Origin: the human T2T-CHM13v2.0 reference genome, Homo sapiens
Reading direction: 5' to 3'
DNA: 64,000 nucleotides
Assembly (NCBI GenBank): GCA_009914755.4
Contig: CP068257.2
Coordinates: 20,896,001 to 20,960,000 of the forward strand
Of the stretch, positions 1 through 16,978 are shown in pieces. The first letter of the stretch is position 1. Every line of letters begins with the position of its first letter. A program made the translations under genes and the position numbers. The notes below the pieces were generated by a model, which made no database searches, was not told the DNA's origin, and saw only the letters and a program-made list of their open reading frames with translations.

Positions 1-2290
<2,290 letters not shown>

Positions 2291-2299
2291 CTGGAAGAC

Positions 2300-3222
2300 A
2301 AGAGAGATCATCTCTCATATCAAGGACCAGGAAAATCACAACTTGAATGGGAAAGAAACAATTAGATAACAGTGACACGAAAGGAAATCATCTACTAGAA
2401 TTATATGCCAAACATTTTAAAGTAAATATCATGAAAATAATTCAACTAGCAATTATAAGTTATCTTGAAACAAATTAAGAAATGGAAAAAAGCAAAAATT
2501 ACAATTTATAAAAGAGAGTCAATAGAAATTATAGAATGAAAAATAAAGTAACAAATGAAAAGCTCATCAAAATAGATAATATTTGTAATCATAGGACAGT
2601 CCTCAACAAATATAAAATAATTAAAAATTTTACAGAGATTGCATTCTCTGGCCATAATGAAATCATATTAGAAATCAATAACGAAAGGACAACAAAAAAT
2701 CTTTATGCACTTGGAAATTAAACTACAAAAACACATATAAATAATCCACGCATCAAAAGAAAAGTATCAAAGGAAATTCAAACAAACAAAAAACATAAAT
2801 ATGTAAAATTTAGTGGAAATGATAATACAACATCTCAAAATAAGTTGGATATAATTAAAGCATTGCTGAGATCATTGCACACACTAACAAAGAAGAAAGG
2901 TGTAAAGTCGTTAACCTAAGTTCTGACATCAGGAAAATGAAAAGAAAGAAGTAAGTACTTTATGGTGAAAGACTAAATGCCTTTCCACTAAGACCAAGAA
3001 GAAAGAAAGGTTCTCTCCTTTTCTGATTCTTGTTTAATGAGAAAACGCACACGCAAAAAGAAGTAAAAGGCAAACAGATGGGAAATAAAAATAAAAATAA
3101 AACTTTCTTTGAAAATGACATAATTCTCTGTGTAGGGAGAATTTACAAATAATCTCCTAGAACTAATAGGGACATTCAGCAATGTTGCAAGACATATGAT
3201 CAACAAATATGTCATTCACATT
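2300..3222 (+). mobile_element. Old L1 (L1M-like) ORF2 fragment: endonuclease C-terminus and post-endonuclease region, degenerate
   Basis: Frame translations read ..LNKYKIIKNFTEIAFSGHNEIILEINNE.. and ..NDNTTSQNKLDIIKALLRS... These resemble L1 ORF2 ..SLNKFKKIEIIPCTLSDHSAIKLEINTKK.. and ..NKDTTYQNLWDAAKAVLRG... There are many stops and frameshifts. Confidence 0.55.
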
Positions 3223-3232
3223 TTAATATAAA

Positions 3233-3671
3233 TAGTTTACCCTTAAACAGCACAGGTTTAAACTGTGTGGGTCCACTTATATGCAGATTTTCTTCAACCT
3301 CTGTCATCCCTGAGCTGGCAAGTTTAACCCCACCTCTTCCACCGTCTTCTCAGTTTATTCAATGTGAAGACTCAATGTGTAGATGAATATCTGTGAAGAT
3401 CCACTTCCACTAAATGAATAGTAAATATATTTTATTTTCCTTATGGCTTCCTTAATAACATTTTATTTTTGCTAGTCATTTTATTGTAAGAATACATTAT
3501 ATAATACATATACAAAATATGTAAGAACGGACTATGTTATTGGTAAGGCTGCTGGTCAACAGTAGGTTATTAATAGTTAAGTTTTAGGGGAGTCAAAAGT
3601 TGTTGCATATAGATTTTGGACCGTGCAGGGGACAGTTCTCTTAACTCCTGCCTCATTTAAGGGTCGACTAT
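3233..3671. mobile_element. Tigger2-like Tc1/mariner non-autonomous element (MITE-like) with terminal inverted repeats
   Basis: The left end reads tagtttacccttaaacagcacaggtttaaactgtgtgggtccacttatatgcagatttt. The right end, reverse-complemented, reads tagtcgacccttaaatgaggcaggagttaagagaactgtcccctgcacggtccaaaatctatatgcaac. This matches the Tigger2-type TIR CAGTTGACCCTTGAACAAC...GGGTCCACTTATACGCGGATTTT, and the flanks are TA-rich. Confidence 0.6.
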
Positions 3672-3689
3672 ACTAACAATGAATATGTG

Positions 3690-4460
3690 AAGAACAAAAA
3701 TTAAAAACTACAATGCCATTTTCAATTGCTCCAATGACAATGAAATCCTTGAGTAGACACTTAAAGTATGTATAAGATCTATATTCTGTAAACTAAAAAA
3801 TTCTAACAAAAGAAATCAAAGAAGATGTAAATACGTGGAGACATACCATACTAAGATTCAACAAAGTGAAGATGTCAATTCTCTTGAAATTCATCTCTAA
3901 GTTTAATGAATTTCAAGAAAAAATTCCAGTTTGGCTCATTTTAGATATAGCCAATCTCACTCAAAGATATCATATGAAAAGATCCAATCTCTTTTAGCTA
4001 AAACACTGTTGAGGAAAAGGGGAAGGAATCACCTTACCTGACATTATGGCCTGCTGTATAGCTACAGTGGTCAAGACAATGTTGCATTGGTAAGGGGACA
4101 GACCAATAGATCAGGAATATGGCACAGAATACAGGATTCAATTCCCACTACCCCACATCTGCAGAATTCCAGCCTGAGAAGCCATTGGTGTGTAACACAG
4201 ACAAAGGACCACCTTGGAAGTGAAGCCACTGCAGAGAATTCCTTCGGGAAAGGGGCCCAGGCAGAGAGCTTCTTTGAGGATGGAGTTTCCCAAAGCCATA
4301 ACGTCAAGACCCCCCATCCCAGAATCCGAGGAAGGCAGAACCTCTGCCCCAGTGTTTCCTAAAGGCAAGACCCCCGCCACAGTGGGTCCAGAAGGTGGGA
4401 CTGCAGACCCATGGCGTCTAGAGGGCAGAACATTAAGCCAACGAAGACCATTCTCAAGCC
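3690..4460 (+). mobile_element. Old L1 ORF2 fragment, continuing the same old L1 after the Tigger insertion
   Basis: Translation gives KEDVNTWRHTIL.RFNKVKMSILLKFISKFNEFQEKIP and ..GKGEGITLPDIMACCIATVVKTMLHW.GDRPIDQEYGTEYRI. These match L1 ORF2 [39 protein letters not shown] and ..[39 protein letters not shown]. The GC-rich multi-frame ORFs at 4071-4465 lie inside this stretch. Confidence 0.5.
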
Positions 4461-5612
4461 TTTAGTTTAATATTACTTGCTCTGTTGGCTTTGGGACTTA
4501 CTTCTTACGTTTTACTTCTGTTTTTTCGTTTTTTAATTTTTGTTTGTTTGTTTGTATTCCTCACATTTGGAATGGAATGTTTGTCCTTCAACCATTCTAT
4601 CACTATGTTTTCAAAACACATAACCTGTTTGATTACATGGTCTCACACTGTAGGAAAACATGCTCAGGATGAATGTACCTTGAGTCTCATCCATGTATGA
4701 TTTAGAAAGTATTTAGATGAGGCTTTAGACTAGATTTCTGAATTAATGCTGGATAAGTTAAGACTATTGTGGATATTGGGATGGCTTGAATGCATTTTGC
4801 AGTGAGAAGGATATAAATTTGAGAACACATAATCATGTTTACTCAAAGGGCATGATTTCTTTCTGTCTGACACTCCAGCTAATGTCACAACACTTTCCAG
4901 TTTACTTTTTGGGCACGAAGTACATTAATTTTCTTTTAGTCTCTTTAGTCTTTCTTGAGCAGAGATTTCTAACTCGTCATAACCCATTGCATCTTACCGG
5001 GCACTCTAGAGGTCTACATTTCCTCTTTCTTTTGCAGTTAGTTTGGGCCGTGTTACTCTTATTTGGGGTTTTACTTCCAGGCTGTGTTTAAAGCTACTTA
5101 GATGATTTCTTCCACCATCTTTGCTCCTTTTCTCTGTTGACCCACACATGCAGAATTTCCAGAAAATGAATCTCAGAGACCCGACTTAAGAGTTACTCAG
5201 AATAGAATGAGAAATAAATGTCCTGGGTTGATACTCTTAGTCTTCATTACCCTCCGTAATACAAAAACATCGCTCATCCCAGGACCACTGCGTTTGTCAC
5301 ACCATTTGTCTGAGATTCTCCTCCACTTAGTTCTCACTTGTCTACTGTTCTTCCTTCATTTTGGGTTTTGGCTCAAAATTACTTTGTCAAAAAGGCCCTG
5401 TTTTATTGACTGTTAGGTAACAATGGTTATTTAGTCTTTTCACACACACTATTTCCCTTTATTGCACCTACCAAATATACAACGAATGTTTATTTGTGCA
5501 GTCATTTTTAAAAATATGTGTTTTCTTACAAGACTGCACATTTCATAAAATATGATTTATTCAAAAGTCACTCCCCTGTTCCAGCAGAAATATATAGATG
5601 ATAAGGAAAATT

Positions 5613-5895
5613 ATCACCCCTGTAATCCCAGCACTTTGGAAGGTGGAGGCAGCTGGATTGCTTGAGCCCAGGAGTTTGATGCTAGCCTGGGTAACATGGC
5701 AAAACACTGTTTCTACCAACAACAACAACAAAAATAGCCAGCAGGGGTGGCTCGTGTCTGTAGTCCCAGGTACTCAGCTGAGGTGGGAGGATTGACTGAT
5801 CCCAGGAGGTCAAGGCTGCAGCAGTGAGCTGTGATCTTGCCACTGCCCTCCTGCCTGGGTGACAGAGTGAGACCCTGTCTCAAAAAAAAAAAAAA
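5613..5895 (+). mobile_element. Alu SINE (older, slightly 5'-truncated) with poly-A tail
   Basis: The sequence runs tcacccctgtaatcccagcactttgg...cctgggtgacagagtgagaccctgtctc and ends in A(14). Confidence 0.9.
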
Positions 5896-6414
5896 GCCAC
5901 CATTTTATGTAGCATGTAATAAACGAGCACAATGAGGAACTTGAGTGTAAAAATTTTAAAAAGAAAAGTATGATGATGATAAAATGAACCACTAAAACTA
6001 AGAACAATAAGTGAAAAAAAATCACTTTTTTCTGAGTGGGAGAAACAAAGGTATAGAGACGGTCTTGCTAAAGGAAAATTGTAAATTTAAGTAGCAATAA
6101 AGAACGTGGCATAATTTTCTCCAGCAGTATTCAGTGGCAGAGGAAAAATATATGCATGCAAGTAGTTTGGTTGATTGAATCTGTGGACAGAAAAAAATAA
6201 AAAAGAAAACCAATTGATGAATTGTGGGAAACTATTTCAAGCAATGGCCCGGGTCTTCTGGAGGTATTAGGGAATATTACAGCATGAAATGACATATCTT
6301 AATAAAGAAGTTTAGAGAGAATAAGAAAACAGTATAGTCGAATATTGTTATAGTAACTACAATAATTAACTACAACAATTCATCATTATATTCAAAGACA
6401 GAGACCAAAAGATC

Positions 6415-7165
<751 letters not shown>

Positions 7166-7264
7166 TAACAACATGTAGTACACCAGACTTGATTACAGAA
7201 AGAAGAAAGAAACTACAGGGCAAAAATAAAAGACTGAGGGGAAGAGGCCCAATGAATTTTCATT

Positions 7265-7582
<318 letters not shown>

Positions 7583-10500
7583 TAGCCAAATAAGTTTTCA
7601 AAGTAGGTGTTTTCCCAAGAAATATGAGAGAATTTGGGAAAAAAATTAATGTTACTGGCAATACTTTTCAAATAAATGTATATTGATAAGATTGTATATA
7701 TTAAATATTCATACGGCATAACAATTTATTCTACTGTGATAATGAAAAAGCAGGAGCTTCTTATTCATAGAAACCAAATTGTTACATTATTAAAGCTCTA
7801 AGGGTTTTTATAGATTTTGTAGGCCTCCCTTCCTATTATGGATGGTTTGGAAAGGAGAGCTCAATAAAATTATGAACTTTCTAGATTGCAAAACATTTCT
7901 GCATGGCCTTGTCTTTTTCCATTTCATTTTGTTTTTCATTATTACACAAATAAACTAAATAATTGAGTAATTACTTCTGAATTATCTTCAAAAAAGCATT
8001 CTACTTAAGGAACAAGTGTAAGATTTAAGCATATATTTAATTTTTAAAGAATTCAATATTTATATATGCACATATTAAAAACTCAGATGAATAAGTTTGA
8101 TATAGAATATATTTAGTAGTAACAAAGGAAATTAAATGTTGTAAGTAATTCAAGTAGGAGATTATAACCATAAAATACATGATAGGAATTTGAAATGAAT
8201 GCTTTTCTTGACCAGAAGAATGGATATAGGAAATTCCATTTGAAGATAATGATGATGTGGATCTAATTTTAAAAAAAATGAAATACCAGGTTCACTAAAG
8301 CCTCCTTCTGCTTGCAGAAATTAAAATAGAGTTTAAATCTGTAATCAGTATATGTTGTTCCCTTTCTAACATTTCTTAAAGCCATAAATAATTTTAATGA
8401 CATGATCTTTCTATCTGTTCGTTTTTATGTTAGTATATACTCAGACACTTAAATAAATATAACACAGGAAAGAGATGAGCCATTAGTAATAAACAAAGGG
8501 ATTTAAATTTGAGAAAGAACAATTAACACTTCTATATTCATTTTTAATCATTCACTTATCAGAATGCATTAAATCATCAGAATTGTGCTGACTTACATAA
8601 ATTTCCAACTTTAGTTGTAGCACTTCATCGATGGAGTCATGATGAATATCTTAGAAAATCCCATTTGTTAACAAATATGTGACCTTATTAATACAGAAAA
8701 TGTCAATTAGAAATATTATTATAACTAGAAATGTACTGTAAATCAGATATTTGGTATTCTCTGCAAAAAAAAATCATTAACAGTACAGGCTTAATGGAAT
8801 TTGTGAAGAAACTTTGCAACTTTGGTAATTATTAATTAACACTGAATACAATAAAACCTATATGGGAACTATTGGCTAGTTTTGCACATATAATCAATGA
8901 ACTGCGTCAGTCAAATTTATATTCAGTTGTAGACAAAAGTGCTGTGTAAGAATCATTATAAATTAATTAGTACTTAACATTTAATTGAAATGAGCACAAT
9001 GAAACATTTTGTTTTCGGAAAGTAAGCTTATAAGCTATGAACAATTTTATTTGCTTTTCACTCTCCATTTCACTCCTCAAACACTGTTTAAAATTAGGTC
9101 TACAAACAAAAACAAAACTGTCACTCATTTTTTTTCAACTTAACACTCACCACTACCAACCGCAGAATTCTTATTACTGTAGCGAAAATTTAGTGTATGA
9201 AAAGTATGAGATCAAAAAGTAAACTCAATGAATGATGAGCTCTAAGATCCAGTCACCCACGCTTTACAATTTTATTGTTTAAGCCTTGTCATTGGCTCTT
9301 GGTTTCCTTGAGTACAATCTCTCCTTCTCATTCAGCATGTCTACAGATGCTCCTCTTAAGTTTTCCTAACCACTGTTCACAGATACATTTGGGGAGAATC
9401 TTCTATAGGATGCTTAACTAATACAGTTTGTTGATGGACTCTTGTTAGTCTTCCTCTTATTTCTAAAACGATAGAAAAAATTTCATCAATTAGCAACATA
9501 TTGACCCTCTATTCCATAGTGGTTTCAATGGTCTACAACAATAAAGGTCAAATAAATTTAACTCATTGTAATAATAGGCATAATGGACACTATAGTTCCA
9601 GTATTATAGAACTCTCTAGTTCAACATTGTTACCCTCATGTTCTAACAAAATTTTGTCTCTACCAAGCTGAAAATTTTCAGCTGTGATCAAACCACAGCA
9701 AATTCAGAACCTCTAGGGCTACTAGATTTTGGCATGGTATAGTTCCATCGTATTAAGCAGTGTTTATTTATATGAATGGTATAGATTTATGCCTGAATAA
9801 GTCATGTTTAATCCAACTGTAGCTTAATGATGGCAGTATAATTTGGAAGTCATCACCACAAAGCATGAGAGTATAAGGAAAACACAGGAAATCAAGAGAG
9901 CCAGATTTCAGCATGGATATAGAAACAAACAATATGAATCCTGCTCCGGTTGCTTAGGTTTTCAAGGCCTTAGATTTTCCATCTTAACAGTAAACATATG
10001 TTCTTGAATGTCTCTAATATCCATTTAAATGACAATCATACATTCCATTTTGGTAGTGACTTTAAGACCCATTATTTATTATGCCACATAGTGGTGTTTA
10101 TCCGCTATAAGGATACTGCCTACCAGTTGACATTTTCCAATTTTAACCAACAGCTCTATTTGATAGAAGTATATGGCAGCATATAAACTAGAGTATTTTT
10201 ACATTTTAAAAATATTTATTTTAGGGTTGCTAATTCATTTTGAGTTTTAATATTTATAATATTCATATCCAACATTTTCAGGACAGGTTTAAACACATGT
10301 ACATGTGCAGTATTTTACCATTTTATACAATCAAGTGGTGTTTTTTGCATAGTGATCCATCTTATTTTTATTTCTCATTGGGCTGCAAATCAAGTAACAC
10401 TTTGCAAACAGCAATGTGATCATTGAAACAGTTTTTAGCTTGGTAATTGTAGCTCATGCCTTCACTGTCATCTGAAACTGAGACTAACGGTCTTCCTTAT

Positions 10501-12055
10501 AAAGATATCTGCTTATTGATTTTGCAAAGGTTGAACAGAAGAAGCTTTACTCTTTTTGGTAACTGTAACAAGCACTACCTGCCTATATTGATTACTTACT
10601 CTCAATGTTATAGCAAATTACTATTGTGAAAACATAATGATGCTGAACATTTGTGCTCAGATGATAGGGTAATGTTTAAACACTGTGTGTCCTGTTCTTT
10701 GCAGATTTACTAATAACCTCTTTAATCATTTCTGTTCAAAATACCATGGACTCTAAAGCAGAAGCTAGCCTAATGGCACAACTAATATAGGAAGCATAAC
10801 ATTTAATAACTTCAAAAGAAATAGCATCAATTGCTTTCCATCCTTTAGATAGCATGTCAGATTTTTACAAATAGTATTTATAATAAACCGAAAATAAATT
10901 TATAGAAACTTTAATTCTATTTCTACTCTTTTCTTCTTAAGCCAGCATTGGCGAATGTGATGGTTTATGTTTTCTGACATGAATTATATGCTTAAAGAAT
11001 ATATTTTAATGAAAACACATAAATATTTCTAAAATAAGCACATTTTAATTTAAAGGCTTATGGAATCATATGTGTTGGAATAAGACGTCACTTGAAAAAA
11101 GCTCAATGTGGGGAATTTATGAAGATTATCATGAAAGACATTGTATCTCATCATAAAAATTATATTTAAAAATTTTTTCCTTTTAAAAACAACAATTCAT
11201 CTATTATATGGATTGAATTAGTTTAAATAAAAATAATTATTTGGGATAAAATTATCATCTTATTATAATATCATTATTATAGATAGGAAATACTACTTAA
11301 ACGGATTTGAATAAAACAATAAGACTATTTAATAAGAAAAATATCTAAAACTATTATAAGCAAATGTGAAAAATAAAAGTTATATATGATAAAAGTTACA
11401 ATTCTTAGAAAATACATTATGCTGTATTGTAATACAATATAAACACTAGCTCACTTAAGAGTATTAGCCAGTAGATTTATGTAATATTTTGTGTTGTTGC
11501 TCTTTGTTAATTTTATTTCCATTTTTCTCAGTCTTACTTTTACTTTCTATTGATTGCATCCATTTAGAAACAAAATAATGACTATAGTCTTATTATCATT
11601 ATTTATTTGGACCTAAAATAACCAGGCCTAATTATATCAACCTGGACCCAAAACAATAACCACTTCTGAATTGGACTTTTTGTAATCAGTTGTGTATTCA
11701 ATATTTTAAAACATTTATTAATTATCTAATATAGTTCATGTGTTAGAAAATTGGTTGACTATATGATGATACTAATAACACACAATATATTTGTTTTAAG
11801 AGAACATAAATTCTGTAACAGTAATATAAAAATAAAAGAATCAATATAAAAGAATCTGTAAGGATGCATTTAAGTTTGCCTGCAAAATTCAGAACAGGTT
11901 TCTAAGATGAGGATTATTTAAGCTGAGCCTCACTATGCTTTTTCATTGATTAATAATTGATTTACAAAATCAAGTGTTTGATGTGTCCAAAGTCATGTAA
12001 GTTTAAACTGATGCTTTTGTGCATCAATTTCATAAATCATCATTAAAAAGAGTTG

Positions 12056-12400
12056 ATCATATATAACTTTTTAATTTTTAATTTTTAAATTAATTAATTA
12101 ATTAATTTATTTATTTTTGAGACAGATTCTCACTGTGTCGCCCAGGCTGGAGTGTAATGGAACGATTTCGGCTCGCTGCAATCTCCGCCTCCTGGGTTCA
12201 CCGCCATTCTCCAGCCTCAGCCTCCCGAATAGCTGGGACTACAGGCACATGCCACCACACCCAGCTGATTTTTGTATTTTTAGTAGAGACGGGGGTTTCA
12301 CCATGTTGGCCAGGATGGTCTCGATCTCTTGACCTCATGATCCGCCCGCCTCGGCCTCTCAAAGTGCTGGGATTACAGGTGTGAGCCACCGTGCCCGGCC
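12056..12400 (-). mobile_element. Alu SINE with long degenerate AT-rich tail
   Basis: The sequence runs ...ttgagacagattctcactgtgtcgcccaggctggagtg...gtgagccaccgtgcccggcc. A target-site duplication, taaaaagagttg, sits at about 12044-12055 and 12401-12412. Confidence 0.9.
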
Positions 12401-12480
12401 TAAAAAGAGTTGTACATACATAATTTATTTAATGTATTTCTTAAGATGTTTGATATTTTTAAAAATTAGTTTTGTTATTA

Positions 12481-12740
12481 AATGAGAGGTGAGAAATTGC
12501 TTAATGGGTACAATGTACGTTATTCGGGTGATGGGTACCCTAAAGCCCAGACTTCACCACTACATGATGTCCATGTAACAAAATTGTACCCCTGAAATCT
12601 ATTTTTCAAAAGTTAACACATTCAATTTTTAGAGCAGTTTTAGGTTCACAGTAAAACTGAATAAAAAGTTCAGAGTTCCCATACACTCCCTGCCCTACCC
12701 ACATACAACCTCCCACACTATTCATTGACTTTTCTCATAC
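12481..12740 (+). mobile_element. Old L1 (L1PB/L1MA-like) 3'-terminal fragment
   Basis: The sequence gagaaattgcttaatgggtacaatgtacgttattcgggtgatgggtaccctaaagcccagacttcaccactacatgatgtccatgtaacaaaattgtacc closely matches the end of the L1 3' UTR. It is followed by gagcagttttaggttcacagtaaaactga. Confidence 0.7.
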
Positions 12741-13319
12741 TCTTTTATAGTATGTTTAATTCCTTAGTTATTACTCTTTGAAAACTAGATTTTTCCTCAA
12801 TGATTTCAGAGAAATATGTATGTAATAGGAATTCTAACATTAAATATTGCCCATTATACTATTAATATATATGAATGAGGTTTGCAAACCTGGATAATTA
12901 TTTCAGCCAAGATAAATGTACTTAAAACACAAATTAATAGCTTTACCAGAATAAAATATTAAAATGATGTGCACTATTTATTATAATCTTTATTAAAGGC
13001 TACACATGTGCATGCATCTCCATAGTTTAATGCCTTCTCTGTTCTTTTTACCGTATGTATGTTTTCACACTCATTGTTTGTGTACTTCTAAATAAATCAA
13101 CCATCTGTAATATTTAAGACTCTTTATTTTTACTGAGGACCAAATATAAAATTCATCTCTCAGAGGCTTCCATTCAGGGTAAAGTGCTAGATAAATTAGC
13201 CAGCAGACAACAAAAAGCCAGCAGATTTTTTTAAGTCTGTTTCTTTGCTCAACACCTATGAAATGTCCTAAAGATAATTTTGAAATTCAGTAAACATGCT
13301 TGGTACAATTCTTATTTTT

Positions 13320-13470
13320 CTCTTATATTTATATATTTAAAATTAAAGTTTTAAATATTTAAATATTAAATATTAATAATTTTAGATATTATTTAAATAT
13401 TTGTATTTAAATATTTAAATAAATATTATTTAAATATAAATATATAATATTTACATATTATATATTTATA
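13320..13470. repeat. AT-rich low-complexity, palindromic tract with aaatatttaaat-type motifs
   Basis: atatttaaatattaaat / ttaaatatttaaataaatattatttaaatat motifs recur, in the sequence itself. Confidence 0.8.
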
Positions 13471-13711
13471 GTGAAATTTCAAATTCAGCATTTAAGAAAT
13501 TATTTTAGTAAACATAATTTTAGGTTTACTTTGGTTAGAGTTAATTTCTGGAGACTGGAGAGCATCAGTGAGGTGAGGAGGGTCTTTTAGAAATGAAGAT
13601 TTTCATGCAGTGGGACTAGTAGAAAATGATTCATGGAAGTATGGAATCACTTGAAATCTTCAGGAAATTGTTATGCACCTGGGTTATATCAAGGGATGGG
13701 TTTTTGTGGGG

Positions 13712-14023
13712 TTTTTTTTTTGTTGTTTGTTTGTTTGTTTTTTGAGATGGAGTCTTGCTCTGTTGCCCAGGCTGGAGCGCAATGTCACGATCTTGGCTCA
13801 CTGCAACCTCCGTCACCCAGGGTCAATCAATTCTCCTGCCTCAGCCTCCCAAGTAGCTTGGATTACAGGTGCATACCACTATGCCCAGCTAATTTTTGTA
13901 TTTTTAGTAGAGATGGGATTTCACCATGTTGGTCAGGCTGGTCTCGAACTCATGACCTTGTGATCTGCCCACCTTGGCCTCCCAAAGTGCTGGGATTACA
14001 GGTGTGAGCCACCACACCCGCCC
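13712..14023 (-). mobile_element. Alu SINE with (tttg)n tail
   Basis: The sequence runs ttttttgagatggagtcttgctctgttgcccaggctggagcgcaatg...ggtgtgagccaccacacccgccc. Confidence 0.95.
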
Positions 14024-14630
14024 AAGATGTGTTTTAAAAGTGAGGAATGGGTCAGATTATGGAAGGATATGTTTGATTTTTTTCTAAGAGTTATTAGAAA
14101 AAAAACATAATTTTTATTAATGGTAAATTGTACTTGCCTAATTTAATCAATTTATTTCAATATTTAGGGGTAACAAGTTTCCACTGATGTAGTGAAATGA
14201 TTAGGGGAGTATGGACTATCATCAGCACAAAAGTCAAAGGGCCACTACAATAATCCAGGTAAGAAGTTTTGATGATTTAAAGAAAGGGCATGCCACTGGG
14301 AAATAGAGACACACACAAGATAGATATTCAGAAGATGGGCTCTGTTAATTGATGATGTATTTCAATGTAACAGGGTAATAAAGAGAGAAAACCATGTGGA
14401 CGTTTATTCTTCCTTAACCCTAAATTTAACGTACATCTAATAGTGAAGAGATTGTATTAAAATCTGATTTTACAGGTATGGAATTGGGCTTGATATTCTA
14501 CATTTCTCGCAAGCTCCCAGGTTAGGCTTATGCTGGCAGCACTCAAAATACATTTTGAGTAACACAGTACTAAGTTTCTTAAGGTTTCATGATTAAAAAT
14601 GGCAGGAAAGATTAAGACAAAACATGTAGT

Positions 14631-14670
14631 ACACACACACACACACACACATACACACTCATACACACAC
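14631..14670. repeat. (CA)n microsatellite
   Basis: acacacacacacacacacacatacacactcatacacacac; the minus-strand ORF at 14457-14666 (..CVCVCVCV..) is an artefact of this repeat. Confidence 0.95.
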
Positions 14671-15231
14671 TAATATGAAGGGAAGGGTACAAGTAAAGTT
14701 GATGAAAATATAGACAGAATATACCACCATCACAAAAAGGAAAGTTGACAGTGATAAAGTTATAGTTATTTGTATCTGGAGAGGAAGAATTTTCAGAGGG
14801 TCCTAATAATCAAAGAATAATTTCTGAGCTAATTTAATAATATACAGTCTATTTTAGTATTTCCTGGACCTTTGATTCAAGAAAATTAAGTGCTTAGTGA
14901 CCTCTATGACAGAAAAGGAACAGGTTGATATTAGGAGATATATTAAAAGGAGAGAAAAAAATTATATGGCAAATGGCATTCACATTTTAACACTTTTCTA
15001 CCTTACTTCCTCATTTCATATAAAGTAGAATTCAAATAAAAGTACAAACATCATGGTAAAATTGAGATGTTTATGAGGAATTACTTAAACTTTTATTCTT
15101 TGAGGAGAATGGAAAAAAAAACATTGACTAAGAGCTCTATAAATGTTACTAGAAAGCATTGACAAGTATGGCTGAGTCGTACTCAACATGTAGTAGTTCG
15201 AATATGGATAGCTGTTTAAGTTTTCTCCCAT

Positions 15232-15303
15232 TTTATCTTTTATCTATCTTTCTTTTATTTACTGTACATTTTATCTTTTATCTATCTTTCTTTTATTTAC
15301 TCT
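15232..15303. repeat. Tandem duplication of a roughly 34-bp unit (attttatcttttatctatctttcttttatttact), two copies
   Basis: Two near-identical units are separated by gtac. Confidence 0.85.
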
Positions 15304-16212
15304 ACTTTCATTTATTTACTCTTCCTTTAGAAGAGTACTTTTCTATGTGCTAATTAAACTTTTCCGTGTTTCAAATATGTTTTCTATATGATCTGCTAAT
15401 TTCTGATATAACTCCCTGTTTATTAGGTATAATTACAGAAAGGAATGTCTTTTCCTGGAAACCATTAAACTGAAGCCAAGATTGCCTGTTATTCTCTGCT
15501 GGAATTTCTAATATGTCAGTTAAGAAAGCTGGTTGGAAGTAAGAGAGAATGGAGCCAGCATGCAGAGAAAAGTAGGCAGATGAGATAAAGAAACAAACCG
15601 TTGAAATTGGAGTCTCTAGTTCTAAATGATTTTGCCACTCATTGGCTTTTCAGATGTCCAAGAGTTTTGATCATCCAATACTCCACACATACTTTGGGCA
15701 TATAATCACTGCCTCTTAGAGTCTAAAGCAGGGCTGGAAAGAATTTCCTTCGTCATAAAAAAGTATGACAAATTCATTCTCAAAATAATGTTATTAAGAG
15801 TAAAATATAAAAAAAGGAAGAAACATTTTCCATTTCTTTCCTATTCTGAATTTTGTAATAGCTACTACTCTGTAGGGTTCAATAAAGTTCATTTTCATGT
15901 CATACAAACTTTATTGATTCAGTTCAGCTTCGCGAGTTTGCACTGAAGTATTGCTCACCCTAAAATAATGCTAATCAAGTAATTCTACGACATCTATATA
16001 ACCTTGCAGTAAAAGGCGCACCAGTGTAAAGGTGGGTGAATTACAGTCTATTTGATGCTTGATTTACTCTTCAACTGTCTCCAGTAATGAAATATAGCAG
16101 CCAGGAACTAAAGCTTGGGTGAGTTTCTAACAGATTAGAGTTATTTGGTGAAGAGGGTAGATCTCTGGGGAAATACTAGGAATAAATATGGTTATTTAAA
16201 AATTCTCTCGCT

Positions 16213-16235
16213 TTTTTTTTTTTTTTTTTTTTTTT
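16213..16235. repeat. poly(T) homopolymer of about 23 nt
   Basis: A run of T is seen directly, with no Alu body attached. Confidence 0.9.
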
Positions 16236-16888
16236 AGGATCTGGTCTATATTTGCGTTTGCTTCAGACCAAAGTAAGTTGGAAGTTGACACAATTACATA
16301 TATTTATCTTTCTTTCCTAATCGATTTAGGATATCAGAATCATTTCATTGATGCTAATATAGGAGAGGTTAATACTCAAAAATCTTTACTGAAGTAAAAG
16401 TAAAAGGAATGGCTGAAAATCAGCTGACAGCCAGTTTCTACATGTTTCACCTCGACTTAACATTCAGACATTGTTCAGATCCCCTGAAGTTACTTATGTT
16501 CTGAATATTTACTAAAGTGCTGGACTGGCTATTATGTTTTTAAAGAAGAAAAATGATGTAGATTATTATAAAAGAAGGAAGCTTCTTTCTCTAAAGATCA
16601 AGTTTTAAAAATTTAGGAGTGGTGGAAGTTTCTAACATATTTCCGTAGTGATATACCACTAGGATAAAACCATTATTATAATATTCAACCAGCACCTTTA
16701 GATATATCATTTTACTTATGAACCTTAGTGAATCAATACTTGTTTTTCACAAAAGAGGTACTTAAACCTTAATCAATACAAAATCTGATATTTATATTTG
16801 TTTATCCAGCAAAGTATTGTGGTAGAATATTTTCCTTAAAATGGAACATGGAATCCAATACTCCAATCATATGTGGAAAAATGAGGCT

Positions 16889-16978
16889 ATGTGTATGTGT
16901 ATATATATATATATATGTATATATATATGTATATATATACAAGCATATGTATATATACACACATATATGTATATATAA
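16889..16978. repeat. (TA)n/(TATG)n compound microsatellite
   Basis: gtgtatgtgtatatatatatatatatgtatatatatatgtatatatatac...atatatgtatatata; the ORF at 16848-17129 (YIYIYVYIYVYIY) is an artefact of this repeat. Confidence 0.95.

Noticed and set aside
4470-5100. Segment whose reverse complement vaguely resembled L1 ORF1-region sequence
   Set aside because: I could not obtain a convincing protein-level match in any frame. It is probably decayed old-L1 or other repeat-derived sequence, but it is unsupported.
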